Notes: generated by a model from the letters alone, not told the origin. 64,000 bases of DNA from Lentisphaerota bacterium (GCA_015061575.1 SUWF01000002.1:18521-82520), one strand, 5' to 3'. Counted from the stretch's first letter, positions 38,631-48,652 are shown. Translations and numbers: made by a program.

Positions 38631-39399
38631 ACTCCGCAGCAGTTGGATACTCTGCAGATAAGGCTGCCAATTGCTCAAATGTTTTTTGCAGATCGTCAAA
38701 TTTCCAGGTGGCATATTTATCTAAAGTTGTCGCCTGGCTGTTGATTATGGCCAGTTTGCCGCCGCCATGCAAGGTGTATTGCGGCAGCAGAGCGGCCGGA
38801 TTCACCGTTAAGCTGCTGCCCAGTACGATGGCCAGATCCGCTGCATCAAAATCGCTGAACGCCTGTTCCAGCAAATCCTGATCAAGCTGTTCGCCATAAA
38901 AGACGATTTGAGGCTTGATTATGCTGCCGCACTCGCATCGGGGACAATTACCGGATTGCACGATCGGTGCAATATCGTTGTAGCTGTAGTATTTCCGGCA
39001 GGATAAGCAATAGTGATGTGCCGGGCTGCCGTGCAGTTCATAAAGCCGGCGGCTGCCGGCGTGCTGGTGCAGTATATCTATATTCTGGGTATAAGTGCGG
39101 TAGATCAAATCTGCTTTTTCCCAGGCGGCAATCGTTTTGTGTACGATATTGGGTTGATAATTTTCCAAGCCGTACACAAAGGTTTGCGCCCATTCGTAGA
39201 AGTATTCGGGGTGTTGGAGAAAACAGGGCAGGGAAAGGATCTCTTCGACTTCCAAACCGTGCCATTTTTGGCGGTAAACACCTTTTACACCCCGGAAATC
39301 CGGTATGCCGGATAAAGTGGAGATCCCGGCTCCGGTAAAGATCAATACTTTATCGGATTCCAAAATTGCTTCATAAAGTGATTCAATACTTTTATTCAT
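38629..39399 (-). CDS. cobB: NAD-dependent protein deacylase (Sir2 family)
   Basis: FTGAGISTLSGIPDFRG, YTQNIDILHQ, and zinc ribbon CLSC...CPRCECG. AAGGAG RBS, 20 nt after the M20 stop. Confidence 0.88.
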   Translation of the reverse strand: MNKSIESLYEAILESDKVLIFTGAGISTLSGIPDFRGVKGVYRQKWHGLEVEEILSLPCFLQHPEYFYEWAQTFVYGLENYQPNIVHKTIAAWEKADLIYRTYTQNIDILHQHAGSRRLYELHGSPAHHYCLSCRKYYSYNDIAPIVQSGNCPRCECGSIIKPQIVFYGEQLDQDLLEQAFSDFDAADLAIVLGSSLTVNPAALLPQYTLHGGGKLAIINSQATTLDKYATWKFDDLQKTFEQLAALSAEYPTAAE

Positions 39400-39419
39400 A
39401 CTTTATCTGGCACTCCTTT

Positions 39420-40727
39420 TTACAGATCTTCGGATTTAAGCACCCGGTTGACATTCTTTACCGTTTCAGCATACTCCTGTATCGAAATAAGATCCGCCTT
39501 GTGTCGGGCGATCGCTTCAGCCTTTTTGCCGTCACCATAAAGCAGTTCAATGGCCACAAGGGCTTCCACCTGAGCATTGACTACATAGGATTTATATTCG
39601 TCAGCAATAGCGTAATCCACGCCGTGGCTGGTTCCGCTCATGCCGGGGATATATCCGTGTACTGCCGGAATCACGGTTGCAATATCACCCATATCGGTAC
39701 TGCTGGCAAGGAATGTGCTGTTTTCATCAAAATACGCCCCCGGATCAAGGTACTCTACGACTTCTTTGACCAACGAACCAAGTTCCTTATCATCGTAAAG
39801 CGGCATATAGCCGTTGAGCGACTCAATGGTGACCTCACATTCGGCGGCTTTAGCTGCGTGCATTACGATATTGTCAAAACGGTTGTTGAGCTTGATCATA
39901 TCGTCCAGAGTTGGCATCCGCAGCATGTAATCCATGACAACTTCGTCCGGAATAACATTTACTGCTTCCCCGCCGTGAGTTATCACTCCGTGGATCCGGA
40001 TCTTGTTGTGGTAGCTTAACGACTCCCGCAATAATCCGATCGCTGACATTGCCAGAGTGGCGGCGTTCAAAGCGTTTTTGCCATTTTGCGGCGCTGCGGC
40101 GTGGCAGCTTTTGCCGCGGAAAATCAATTTTTTATTTATTGCACCATTGTGGTCAAGATAACCGTATTTGCTGCTGAGATGGTTCATAAATGCAACATCT
40201 ACATCATCAAATACCCCTTCAAGGATCATTTGGGATTTACCGGCGATCGCCTGGATCTTGCCTGCTTCGATCAGGGATTTGCGGTAACTCATTTCTATAC
40301 CTTCTTCGGCCGGGGTGCCGATCAAAGCGATCTTGCCGCACAGGTAATCTTTGACCGCCAGCAGCGCAATCGCCGTGCCGATCAAACCGGGGCCGCCGAT
40401 ATTGTGCCCGCAGGAATGTACTGCTCCGGTTGCCGGATCGCACTCCGGATGGGTGGGGATTATCAGTGAATCAAGTTCACCGAGAATCGCCACCGTCGGG
40501 CCGGGTCTGCCGGTATCGATATCGGCACGGAATCCGGTAATTGCAAGATTTTCAGTTACTTGCAAACCCAATTTGCGTAATTCTTTTACAATGTATCCGG
40601 ACGTTTTTACTTCGCGGTACCCGGGTTCAGGATTTTTCCAGATATATCTGCCAACTTCAATTATTTTTTCGCGGGCATTTTCAATTGCATTCAGGGCAAT
40701 TTTTTTTACATTTTCCGGGGTGTTCAT
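39420..40727 (-). CDS. M20-family metallo-amidohydrolase (M20D/AbgB-like)
   Basis: EPGYREVKTSGYIVKEL and AVHSCGHN. Start placed at MNTPENV because the 15 extra codons in the ORF track are encoded by a terminator hairpin. Confidence 0.75.
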   Translation of the reverse strand: MNTPENVKKIALNAIENAREKIIEVGRYIWKNPEPGYREVKTSGYIVKELRKLGLQVTENLAITGFRADIDTGRPGPTVAILGELDSLIIPTHPECDPATGAVHSCGHNIGGPGLIGTAIALLAVKDYLCGKIALIGTPAEEGIEMSYRKSLIEAGKIQAIAGKSQMILEGVFDDVDVAFMNHLSSKYGYLDHNGAINKKLIFRGKSCHAAAPQNGKNALNAATLAMSAIGLLRESLSYHNKIRIHGVITHGGEAVNVIPDEVVMDYMLRMPTLDDMIKLNNRFDNIVMHAAKAAECEVTIESLNGYMPLYDDKELGSLVKEVVEYLDPGAYFDENSTFLASSTDMGDIATVIPAVHGYIPGMSGTSHGVDYAIADEYKSYVVNAQVEALVAIELLYGDGKKAEAIARHKADLISIQEYAETVKNVNRVLKSEDL

Positions 40728-40745
40728 AGCAATACCTGTCAAGTT

Positions 40746-40780
40746 AAAAAAAAGCACCGTCAGCATAGCCAACGGTGCTT
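40746..40780 (-). terminator. Rho-independent terminator between the LmbE-like gene and the M20 gene
   Basis: Minus strand: AAGCACCGT-TGGCTATGCTG-ACGGTGCTT followed by T8. A TTGACA follows immediately. Confidence 0.8.
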
Positions 40781-40798
40781 GATTGCAGTATTTTTTAC

Positions 40799-41608
40799 TC
40801 AGAGAGTACCGTTCTGCAGACGAACTTCGTATTCCGGATCAACGAATACGTCACCGGTAGCCTTGAGCGCATCGACCAGCGGGTTGAAGTCCGGAGCGCA
40901 GAAGCCCACATGACTGTGCTGTACCCAGCCTTCGGCATACTCAAAGTGCTTGGAGAGTTTGCCGAAATGCTTGCCCTTGTTGAGCAAGTCAGTTATATAA
41001 GCATCTTTACCCTGGCTGACATCCAACCAGTTTTTCTGGCTGACGTGGCAAACCAGGCCTTCGACCTTCTGATCAATAACACTACTTACATTGACGTAAA
41101 TTTCCGGAATGACCGGACGGCGCATGGCATCGGTCAAACTGTGCGGCATGGAGTGATAGACCCGCACATCATTGGTCACGATTTCGGCCGGAGTGGCACA
41201 CAGAAAGTTCTGCATGCCACGGCAGAACGCAGCCGTTACCGCCAGACGGCCGGTATTGGTGTGGTCTTCCATATAGTCGTAGGGGCCGTGGGTCAGAATG
41301 ATTTCCGGAGCCACTTCCCGCACAACCGGCACGAGCTTGCTCAAAAGTTCGTGAGTGTAGTAAACCTGCAAATCGTCGCAAAGACTTTCGTGGAACACGG
41401 CACCGATGGTTTTGGCCGAGTTCATAGCTTCTTCACGGCGGATGCGCACGATTTCTTCGTAACTGTATTCTGCAGTGCCCAAGCTGCCGTTGGCTACGTC
41501 CATATAGTGGATTTCGTATCCGGCTTTTTTGAGCATCATCAGAGTTCCGGACATCCCGAAGTCAATATCGTCAGGATGACAGGCAATTGCAAAAGCAGTC
41601 TTAGCCAT
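40799..41608 (-). CDS. PIG-L/LmbE-family N-acetylglucosaminyl deacetylase
   Basis: AIACHPDDIDFGMSG (HPDD zinc motif). 269 aa. Confidence 0.8.
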   Translation of the reverse strand: MAKTAFAIACHPDDIDFGMSGTLMMLKKAGYEIHYMDVANGSLGTAEYSYEEIVRIRREEAMNSAKTIGAVFHESLCDDLQVYYTHELLSKLVPVVREVAPEIILTHGPYDYMEDHTNTGRLAVTAAFCRGMQNFLCATPAEIVTNDVRVYHSMPHSLTDAMRRPVIPEIYVNVSSVIDQKVEGLVCHVSQKNWLDVSQGKDAYITDLLNKGKHFGKLSKHFEYAEGWVQHSHVGFCAPDFNPLVDALKATGDVFVDPEYEVRLQNGTL

Positions 41609-41632
41609 TTTTCTTACGCTTCCGTCCCTGAA

Positions 41633-42559
41633 TTAGTGCATTTCCACGCCGCAGACACCGAACCCGCCGCGGTAGAAGTTGAAGATCACCGACGGGTGAT
41701 CGCTCAAAAGCGACATCGGAACCCGGCTGTCGGCGATTTTGCGGCTGATCATGTAGGTGGTCAAACGCTGGCCGAAGGGGTTGTCGTGGTGGCCCGGGTG
41801 CCAGATGGAAACATTTTCGGCCTTCCAGGTCTGAACCGGACCGACAGTCACAGCTGCGGTCGGGACGTTCTGCACGGTACCGCCGCCGGAGGTACGGGCA
41901 TTCTGGATCAGCGTGATCGGGTGCAGTTCCACCTGACGGGTGGAGAGCTTGCGGTATTCTTCGGCGGTCGGCGGTTCATCCTTGTACTGCCCGGCACGTT
42001 TGACCGGGTCGTTGAAAGCCCAGTGTTTGGTTTCGCCCTGACCGCCCTGCATGACTACGCAGCGGGCCAGATCCCAGGACTTGATGTATTCAGTGGGATC
42101 TTCGCTGGGGAAGTGCAAGTTTTCCATGGGCATACGCAGTTCAGGACGGATGCGGTTGAAGCACAGTTCCATATCCGCCTTGGCAAAACCCAGCGGGAAG
42201 TTCATATCGGCAGCTTTGCCATCGACCAGCCATTCATCCATGCCCCAGAAGTGGCAGTTTTTGAGGTTGAGGTCAAGTGCGTTGACGATTTCCGCCACGA
42301 TCGGCAGCTGTTCGGTCGGGCCGATGGGGCCGCAAAGACCGACCGGATTGGAGGGAGTGGCCTGCTTCCAGGCTTTGACGTATTCCAAAGCTTCGGCAGC
42401 GTAGAATTCCTGCAGCGTATCATAGATATTGATCTTGAAGCCGGGGCGTTCATAGCTCTTAAGCGTGTCGATAGTAATTTTGGCTGCTTCGTCGAGGATT
42501 TCACGGTCAAGCGTCGTGTAATCCCACCAGTCGGGGGAGATTTTGCTGAAAGGTTTCAT
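41633..42559 (-). CDS. Divergent member of the glucosamine-6-phosphate deaminase / 6-phosphogluconolactonase (NagB) superfamily
   Basis: 308 aa. FWGMDEWLV and [15 protein letters not shown] correspond to the DEY and GxGxxGHxAFNEP regions of NagB. It has extra N- and C-terminal sequence. Confidence 0.6.
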   Translation of the reverse strand: MKPFSKISPDWWDYTTLDREILDEAAKITIDTLKSYERPGFKINIYDTLQEFYAAEALEYVKAWKQATPSNPVGLCGPIGPTEQLPIVAEIVNALDLNLKNCHFWGMDEWLVDGKAADMNFPLGFAKADMELCFNRIRPELRMPMENLHFPSEDPTEYIKSWDLARCVVMQGGQGETKHWAFNDPVKRAGQYKDEPPTAEEYRKLSTRQVELHPITLIQNARTSGGGTVQNVPTAAVTVGPVQTWKAENVSIWHPGHHDNPFGQRLTTYMISRKIADSRVPMSLLSDHPSVIFNFYRGGFGVCGVEMH

Positions 42560-42798
42560 TTTTCTGTTTCCTTTTTATTTTGCTTTTGGCCGGATTTTTG
42601 ATCCGTTCAAAAAAGTTATACTCTCTATCATTATAGCTCAAACCGGCAAAAAGTCAAAGATTATAATCACTTTTTTTACTGAAATATTGGTTTTTGGGCA
42701 AAAAAACGCACTTGCAACTTGAAAAAAAGCCTTTTTGTGTTAAAATAAAAACTGAATACCGCACTTGAAATGTAAATTGATTTTGGAGGATATTTGTT

Positions 42799-43197
42799 AT
42801 GTGGAAAAAAGTTTTTCTGTGGTTGGCAAGTGTTTTGCTTCTTGGTGTATTCAGCGGCTGCGGCACTGCGCAGGCGCCCAAGATGCTTTCTGAAGATATT
42901 GAGATATTGACGGTCTATGCTCCTGAAATAAAGGTTTTGAAGAATCGTTCGCTGCGTACCAACTCCAAGGAAAAGTACGAGGCGGCATTGAAGCTGGCTC
43001 AAGGGGTTGATTTTTCGCTGACCCGCAGCGTGGAAACGCTTGATCAGATCTTTTCGGCAGCCGATGCGCTGACTACCCGCAGTGTGGAATACGGTGACGA
43101 AATCGCTTTTTACTACAACTATCAGGATCATTTTGTGCGTTTCCGTTTTTGGCGCAGCAAGAATGTGATCACCGAATCCGAGGTGCGCATCAAGTGA
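42799..43197 (+). CDS. Small lipoprotein of unknown function
   Basis: MWKKVFLWLASVLLLGVFSGCG lipobox. GGAGGA RBS. Confidence 0.65.
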   Translation: MWKKVFLWLASVLLLGVFSGCGTAQAPKMLSEDIEILTVYAPEIKVLKNRSLRTNSKEKYEAALKLAQGVDFSLTRSVETLDQIFSAADALTTRSVEYGDEIAFYYNYQDHFVRFRFWRSKNVITESEVRIK

Positions 43198-43685
43198 GAA
43201 CGCTGTTGAATGACGAATACTTTATGCTCCGGGCGCTGGCCGAAGCGGAAATCGCTTTTGAAAATGGCGAAGTTCCGGTCGGTGCTGTTGTCGTGCATGG
43301 TACCCGCATCATTGGCCGCGCATATAATCAGGTGGAAACACTCAAAGATGCCACCGCCCACGCCGAAATTCTTGCCTTGACTCAAGCAGCGGCCGCGCTG
43401 GGGGACTGGCGGATGGAGGAAGTGGAACTTTTTGTTACCAAAGAACCTTGTGCCATGTGTGCCGGTGCTTGTGTAAATGCCCGGGTCAAGCGGGTGGTTT
43501 ACGGTTTGCCGGATCCCCGCAGCGGGGCGTGCGGTTCAGCGTTGGATGTTACCGGTTTTCCGGGAATGCTCTGGCAGGTGGAAGTCAAGGGCGGGGTGCT
43601 GGCCGAAGAGTGCGGAGCTCTGGTCAGGGAATTTTTCCGCCGGGTACGGGAGCGCAAGATCGCCAAACCGGATAACGGAGCGTAA
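43194..43685 (+). CDS. tadA: tRNA adenosine(34) deaminase
   Basis: HAEILAL and PCAMCAGA zinc motifs. GTG start overlaps the upstream stop (GTGA); an ATG at 43224 is an alternative. Confidence 0.88.
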   Translation: MRTLLNDEYFMLRALAEAEIAFENGEVPVGAVVVHGTRIIGRAYNQVETLKDATAHAEILALTQAAAALGDWRMEEVELFVTKEPCAMCAGACVNARVKRVVYGLPDPRSGACGSALDVTGFPGMLWQVEVKGGVLAEECGALVREFFRRVRERKIAKPDNGA

Positions 43686-43703
43686 GTTTGCGGAGCTGGT
43701 TGA

Positions 43704-44471
43704 ATGGATCCTGAAATAAAATTATATCACTTGGCTGAAGTGGATTCCACCAACAGTTTTGTCAAGCGTCATTGTTTGGAACTTGCTGACGGTACGCTGG
43801 TTTACGCCGATGTGCAGACGGCCGGGCGGGGACGGCTGGATCGCAAATGGGTTTCTGCCAGGGGGAATTTTTTCGGCACGCTGCTGATGAAAAAACTGCC
43901 GGATCCTTTTCTGGGGACAATGGTTGTATCGCTGGCAGCGTTGGATGTGTTGAATGATCTTGCTCCTGAGCTGCGGGTCTGGCTGAAATGGCCTAACGAT
44001 CTTTATGTGGAAGATGCCAAGCTGGCCGGAATCCTTTCGGAGGCTGTTATCATGCCCGATAACTCCCGGGCAGTCGCAGTTGGTTTGGGGGTGAATCTGG
44101 CTTTGTCCGGCGAGGATCTTGCCGGAATCGACAAGCCGGCCGCCAGTGTGGAAAAAGGCAAAATAAATCCGGAAAAATTCGCTTTTGAACTGGCAAAATA
44201 TGCAAAAATGTACTATATTATGGGAATGTCTTGTAGTAAAGAACTTTTGGCATTGTGGCAGAGTCGTAACGAAGTTGTTGGTATGGAACTGGTTCTGGAA
44301 TTAACTGGCGGCAAGCAGGCGAGGGGGGTGGCTTGCGCAGTCGCTGATGACGGAGCGTTGGTTCTGCGTGATGAGTCCGGTGCTGAAAAATCTTACTATT
44401 GCGGCGATGTCAGTGTGAGCCGGGAATCGGTGCGATTGGCTTGGGAACGCCGCCGGACAAAAGATTGTTGA
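43704..44471 (+). CDS. birA: Biotin--[acetyl-CoA-carboxylase] ligase (no N-terminal HTH)
   Basis: QTAGRGRLDRKWVS signature, LKWPNDLYV. 255 aa. Confidence 0.88.
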   Translation: MDPEIKLYHLAEVDSTNSFVKRHCLELADGTLVYADVQTAGRGRLDRKWVSARGNFFGTLLMKKLPDPFLGTMVVSLAALDVLNDLAPELRVWLKWPNDLYVEDAKLAGILSEAVIMPDNSRAVAVGLGVNLALSGEDLAGIDKPAASVEKGKINPEKFAFELAKYAKMYYIMGMSCSKELLALWQSRNEVVGMELVLELTGGKQARGVACAVADDGALVLRDESGAEKSYYCGDVSVSRESVRLAWERRRTKDC

Positions 44472-44496
44472 ATCACAACTTTTAACAAGTTAAAAT
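44468..44496 (+). promoter_or_regulatory. Sigma70-like promoter for oadGAB
   Basis: TTGAAT (44468-44473), 17 nt, TAAAAT (44491-44496). Confidence 0.4.
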
Positions 44497-44579
44497 AACA
44501 ACCGCTGAGGCTCGGAGTGGGAGAAAAAAAACTCTCAGGCCGGGTCTTTGGCACGCAAAACCAACAAAGGACACTCTTT

Positions 44580-44834
44580 ATGTCAGAGAAAGTTCAACTC
44601 TTGCTCGACGGCGTCAAGCTCATGGTCATGGGGATGGTCGCCGTGTATGTCTTTTTGGTTCTGATGGTATTCCTGATGAATCTTTTGTCCAAACTCCTTG
44701 CGCCGCTCGGCAAAGCTGGTTTTCTGGAACCGGCCGCTCCGGTCAAGAAGGCTCCGGCCAAAAAAGCTGCCGGTAATGATGCCGCTCTGGCGGCCGCCGC
44801 TGTGGCCGCGGTAAAGGCGCACACCAGTAAGTAA
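44580..44834 (+). CDS. oadG: Oxaloacetate decarboxylase gamma subunit (OadG family)
   Basis: MSEKVQLLLDGVKLMVMGMVAVYVFLVLMVFLMNLLSKLL single TM followed by an Ala/Lys-rich tail. Position directly upstream of oadA. Confidence 0.75.
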   Translation: MSEKVQLLLDGVKLMVMGMVAVYVFLVLMVFLMNLLSKLLAPLGKAGFLEPAAPVKKAPAKKAAGNDAALAAAAVAAVKAHTSK

Positions 44835-44878
44835 TCACCAAAAAAGTTAAAAAATAAAAATCACAAGGATTCATGTAA

Positions 44879-46951
44879 ATGAAAAAAATCAGTTTCATGG
44901 ATTGCTCTTTCCGGGATGGTTTCCAGTCCTGCGTTGGAGCCCGCGTTAAGACCGAGGATTTCCTGCCCGCTTTGGCGGCTGCTAAAGAAGCCGGGATCGA
45001 TAACTTTGAAATCGGTGGCGGTGCCCGTTTCCAGAGTCTCTATTTCTACTGCCAGGAAGATGCCTTTGACATGATGGACAAGTGCCGCGAAGTGGTCGGT
45101 CCGGAAGTCAATCTGCAGACCCTCAGCCGCGGTGCCAACGTGGTCGGCTTGATCAGCCAGTCCACGGATATGATCGAACTGCATGCCAAGCTGTTCAAGA
45201 AGCACGGCGTTTCCACCATCCGTAACTTTGACGCCCTCAATGACGTGCGCAACCTGGCTGTTTCCGGCCGTGCCATCGCCAAATATGGCTGCAAACATCA
45301 GGTCACTGTGACCATGATGAGCTTGCCCCCGGGCCTCAACGAAGCTTATGCTCATACTCCGCAGTTCTACATCGACAGCCTGAAAAAGATCCTCGATGAC
45401 GGTGTGCCGTTCGACAGCGTGGCTTTCAAAGATGCCTCCGGTACTGCCACTGCTCAGACTGTTTACGAAACCATCAAGCAGGCCCGTGCTTTGCTGGGCA
45501 ACGATGTGACCATTCAGTTCCACACTCACGATACCGCTGGCAGCGCAGTTGCCTGCAACATGGCGGCTATCGAAGCGGGTGCCAATATCATCGACCTGGC
45601 CATGGCTCCCATGTCCGGCGGTACCTGCGAAGCTGATATTCTTGTTATGTGGCACCGTTTGCGCGGTACTGAATTTGATATGGGTATCGATCCGGAAAAG
45701 ATCATCAAGGCCGAAAAGGTCTTTGAAGACTGCATGAGCAAGTACTTCATTCCGCCGGAATCCATGGAAGTCAGCCCCAAAATCATCTTCTCGCCCATGC
45801 CGGGCGGTGCTTTGACTGCCAATACCCAGATGATGCGCGACAACAACTGTCTGGATAAATATGACGATGCTATCGCTGCCATGCGTGAAGTGGTGGCCAA
45901 AGGTGGTTTCGGTACCTCCGTTACCCCGGTGAGCCAGTTCTACTTCCAGCAGGCTTTTGCCAACGCCATGCAGGGCCCGTGGAAGAAGATCACCGAAGGC
46001 TATGGCAAGATGGTCTTGGGTTACTTCGGTAAGACTCCGGCCGCTCCGGATCCGGAAATCGTCAAGCTGGCCAGCGAACAGCTCGGTCTGGAACCCACCA
46101 CCGAAGATGTTCACGCCATCAACGACCGCAACCCGAAACTGGGCGTTGCGGCCATGACCAAGCGTTTGGAAGAAGCCGGTTTGCCGGTGACCGAAGAAAA
46201 CATCTTCATCGTCGGTACCTGCGACGAAAAAGGTCTGCAGTTCCTGCTGGGCAACAAGCCCATGGGTATCCGTTACAAGGAAGCCGACAAACCCAAGGCT
46301 GCTGCCAAGGGTGGTGCTTACACTGCTACTGTCGATGGCAAGGCCATTGCCGTTAAGGTCGATGCTTCCGGCGACAGCTACACTGCTACTGTCAATGGCA
46401 AAGCTTACAAAGTCAACGTGGCCGAAGGTACTGCTGTGCCGGTGGCTGCCGCTGCCAGCGTTGGCGGTGTGCATGAAATCAAGACCCCGCTCCCGGGTAC
46501 TGTGGTCAAGCAGGTTGTTTCCGTTGGCGATACCGTAGCCGAAGGCGATGTGATCCTGATTATGGAAGCCATGAAAATGGAACAGGAAATCAAGGCCGAT
46601 AAAGCCGGTGTGATCGCCAGTCTGCCCGCCGAAGCCGGTGCTGTGCTGGCTGCTGATGATGTGGTTGCCACCATCACCGTTGAAGGTGCTGCTCCGGCTG
46701 CTGCGGCTGATGCTCCTGCCGCTGCCGGTGCCGCCGGTGGTCATGTTATCAAGACCCCGCTCCCGGGTACCGTGGTCAAGGTTGTTGCTTCCGCTGGCGA
46801 CAGCGTTGCCGAAGGCGATGTGATTCTGGTCATGGAAGCCATGAAAATGGAACAGGAAATCAAGGCTGACAAAGCCGGTGTGATCGCTTCCATTGACGTC
46901 GAAGCCGGTGCTGTGCTGGCCGCTGATGATGTTGTTGCCACTATGGAATGA
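44879..46951 (+). CDS. oadA: Oxaloacetate decarboxylase alpha subunit (carboxyltransferase) with two C-terminal biotinyl domains
   Basis: [11 protein letters not shown] carboxyltransferase start. Two [17 protein letters not shown] biotinylation motifs 90 codons apart. Confidence 0.88.
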   Translation: MKKISFMDCSFRDGFQSCVGARVKTEDFLPALAAAKEAGIDNFEIGGGARFQSLYFYCQEDAFDMMDKCREVVGPEVNLQTLSRGANVVGLISQSTDMIELHAKLFKKHGVSTIRNFDALNDVRNLAVSGRAIAKYGCKHQVTVTMMSLPPGLNEAYAHTPQFYIDSLKKILDDGVPFDSVAFKDASGTATAQTVYETIKQARALLGNDVTIQFHTHDTAGSAVACNMAAIEAGANIIDLAMAPMSGGTCEADILVMWHRLRGTEFDMGIDPEKIIKAEKVFEDCMSKYFIPPESMEVSPKIIFSPMPGGALTANTQMMRDNNCLDKYDDAIAAMREVVAKGGFGTSVTPVSQFYFQQAFANAMQGPWKKITEGYGKMVLGYFGKTPAAPDPEIVKLASEQLGLEPTTEDVHAINDRNPKLGVAAMTKRLEEAGLPVTEENIFIVGTCDEKGLQFLLGNKPMGIRYKEADKPKAAAKGGAYTATVDGKAIAVKVDASGDSYTATVNGKAYKVNVAEGTAVPVAAAASVGGVHEIKTPLPGTVVKQVVSVGDTVAEGDVILIMEAMKMEQEIKADKAGVIASLPAEAGAVLAADDVVATITVEGAAPAAAADAPAAAGAAGGHVIKTPLPGTVVKVVASAGDSVAEGDVILVMEAMKMEQEIKADKAGVIASIDVEAGAVLAADDVVATME

Positions 46952-46961
46952 GGTAAAAACA

Positions 46962-48581
46962 ATGAAATCAATTATGAAATTTGTTACCGTAATTGCGTTG
47001 GCCATGGCCGCTGTCTGCGCTATGGCTGATGCCAAGAAGGACGCCAAAATCTGTCCGGTCAAGGTGGAAAGCCAGATGTCTTATACTCAGGGCGATAAGC
47101 TTTTTGCTGCTTTTGAGCAGAAAGACGGCAGCATCCGGTTGGTCTACACCGGCGAGAAACCTGCCCGTATTTACAGCTGGACCGGTGTTAAAAATGTTCC
47201 GTTGAAAGACGGCGTTGAACTGATGATCCTCAACATTCCCGGACGTTCCAAAGCAAAAGTCAAGATGTATATGGGCGGTAAATTCATTGAGTTTGCCCGT
47301 GATTTCAAAGCGGCTGAACTGATTAAGCCCGGTGAATATATCGGTACATTTTGCCCGCTTTTACTGGCGCACGATTCGGTGGAAGCCGGTACTTCCCGGC
47401 AGCGTCTGGGTGCCATGGGCGATATGTTCAAAGGCCTGTGGGCAAGCACCGGTATTTCGGATTTGCTGCGTCAGGGAAAAGGTGACTGGGTACTCGGCTG
47501 GGGTAAGGTCATCATGATTGTGGTTGCTATCGTCCTGCTCTATCTGGCAGTGGTCAAGGAATTTGAACCGTTGCTGCTGCTGCCGATCGGTTTCGGCGCA
47601 CTGCTGAGCAATATTCCGCTGGCTGGTATCAGTGGCCCGAACGGTCTGCTGGGCATGGTTTACGAAGTTGGTATCAACAGCGGCGTCTTCCCGCTTTTGA
47701 TCTTCATGGGCGTTGGTGCTATGACTGACTTCGGTCCGCTGCTGGCGAACCCCAAGACCGCTCTGTTGGGTGGGGCCGCTCAGTTCGGTATCTTCTTTGC
47801 TCTGCTGGGTGCGCTGGTGCTCTCCTGCCTGGGCATTGATTTTAACTTGAAAGACGCTGCCTCCATCGGTATTATCGGTGGTGCGGACGGCCCGACCTCC
47901 ATCTTTTTGTGCAGCAAGCTTTCGCCGTCGCTGCTGGGTGCGGTGGCGGTGGCGGCCTACAGCTACATGGCGCTGGTGCCGATCATTCAGCCCCCGATCA
48001 TGAAGCTGTTGACCACTGAAAAAGAACGCAAGATCAAGATGAAGCAGCTCCGTACCGTTCCGAAGATCGAAAAGATCTGCTTCCCGCTGCTGATTACTCT
48101 GATGTGTGCTTTGCTGCTGCCGGATGCTGCTCCGCTTATCGGTATGCTTATGTTCGGTAACTTCATGAAGGAAGTTGGCGTGGTGGAACGTTTGAATCAG
48201 ACTGCACAGAATGCTTTGATCAACATTGTGACCATCTTCCTTGGTCTTTCGGTTGGTTCCAAGCTGTCTGCTGATCAGTTTCTGCAGACCCAGACGCTGG
48301 GGATTCTGGTGCTGGGTGCGGTGGCGTTCAGCGTCGGTACCGGTACTGGTGTGATCTGTGCCAAAATAATGAACCTTTTGAGCAAAGAAAAGATCAATCC
48401 GCTTATCGGTGCTGCCGGTGTATCTGCTGTACCGATGGCTGCGCGTGTGGTCAACAAGGTTGGTTTGGAAACTGACTCCAGCAACTTCCTTTTGATGCAC
48501 GCCATGGGCCCGAATGTGGCCGGTGTGATCGGTTCTGCAGTGGCCGCCGGGGTGTTGTTGAACGCTCTGGGCAACCTCTGA
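46962..48581 (+). CDS. oadB: Na+-translocating decarboxylase beta subunit with an N-terminal extension of about 155 aa
   Basis: ATG after [24 protein letters not shown] and [17 protein letters not shown] are OadB signatures beginning near residue 190. The N-terminus starts [24 protein letters not shown]. Confidence 0.85.
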   Translation: MKSIMKFVTVIALAMAAVCAMADAKKDAKICPVKVESQMSYTQGDKLFAAFEQKDGSIRLVYTGEKPARIYSWTGVKNVPLKDGVELMILNIPGRSKAKVKMYMGGKFIEFARDFKAAELIKPGEYIGTFCPLLLAHDSVEAGTSRQRLGAMGDMFKGLWASTGISDLLRQGKGDWVLGWGKVIMIVVAIVLLYLAVVKEFEPLLLLPIGFGALLSNIPLAGISGPNGLLGMVYEVGINSGVFPLLIFMGVGAMTDFGPLLANPKTALLGGAAQFGIFFALLGALVLSCLGIDFNLKDAASIGIIGGADGPTSIFLCSKLSPSLLGAVAVAAYSYMALVPIIQPPIMKLLTTEKERKIKMKQLRTVPKIEKICFPLLITLMCALLLPDAAPLIGMLMFGNFMKEVGVVERLNQTAQNALINIVTIFLGLSVGSKLSADQFLQTQTLGILVLGAVAFSVGTGTGVICAKIMNLLSKEKINPLIGAAGVSAVPMAARVVNKVGLETDSSNFLLMHAMGPNVAGVIGSAVAAGVLLNALGNL

Positions 48582-48601
48582 TAAACGTTTAGACCGTTTT
48601 A

Positions 48602-48632
48602 CCTCCGGTGGGATCTCTGCCGGAGGTTTTTT
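48602..48632 (+). terminator. Rho-independent terminator after oadB
   Basis: CCTCCGG (48602-48608) pairs with CCGGAGG (48620-48626), then T6. Confidence 0.8.
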
Positions 48633-48652
48633 AGTTTGATGAGGTGTGAATT

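Noticed and set aside
38629-39399. Sir2 domain protein as an anti-phage effector (Thoeris, DSR or SIR2-HerA type).
   Set aside because: It is a compact 256-aa sirtuin with the canonical NAD pocket motifs and a Cys4 zinc ribbon. It has no fused sensor or SLOG domain and no ThsB/HerA/pAgo-like neighbour. This is consistent with a CobB-type deacylase.
40728-40772. Extended N-terminus (MAMLTVLFFNLTGIA) of the M20 ORF in the track.
   Set aside because: These codons are the translation of a strong terminator hairpin plus T-run, so the downstream ATG at 40727 is used instead.
44861-47062. 733-codon ORF on the minus strand spanning all of oadA. Similar long antisense ORFs occur at 40775-42601, 1934-3451, 1015-2277, 25934-27178, 27692-29101, 35725-37110, 47361-48500, 50163-51623 and 10847-11863.
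   Set aside because: Each lies exactly opposite a gene with strong family motifs. Their translations are low-complexity (Gly/His/Arg/Phe-rich) with no motifs or RBS. They are shadow ORFs produced by the codon bias of the sense gene.
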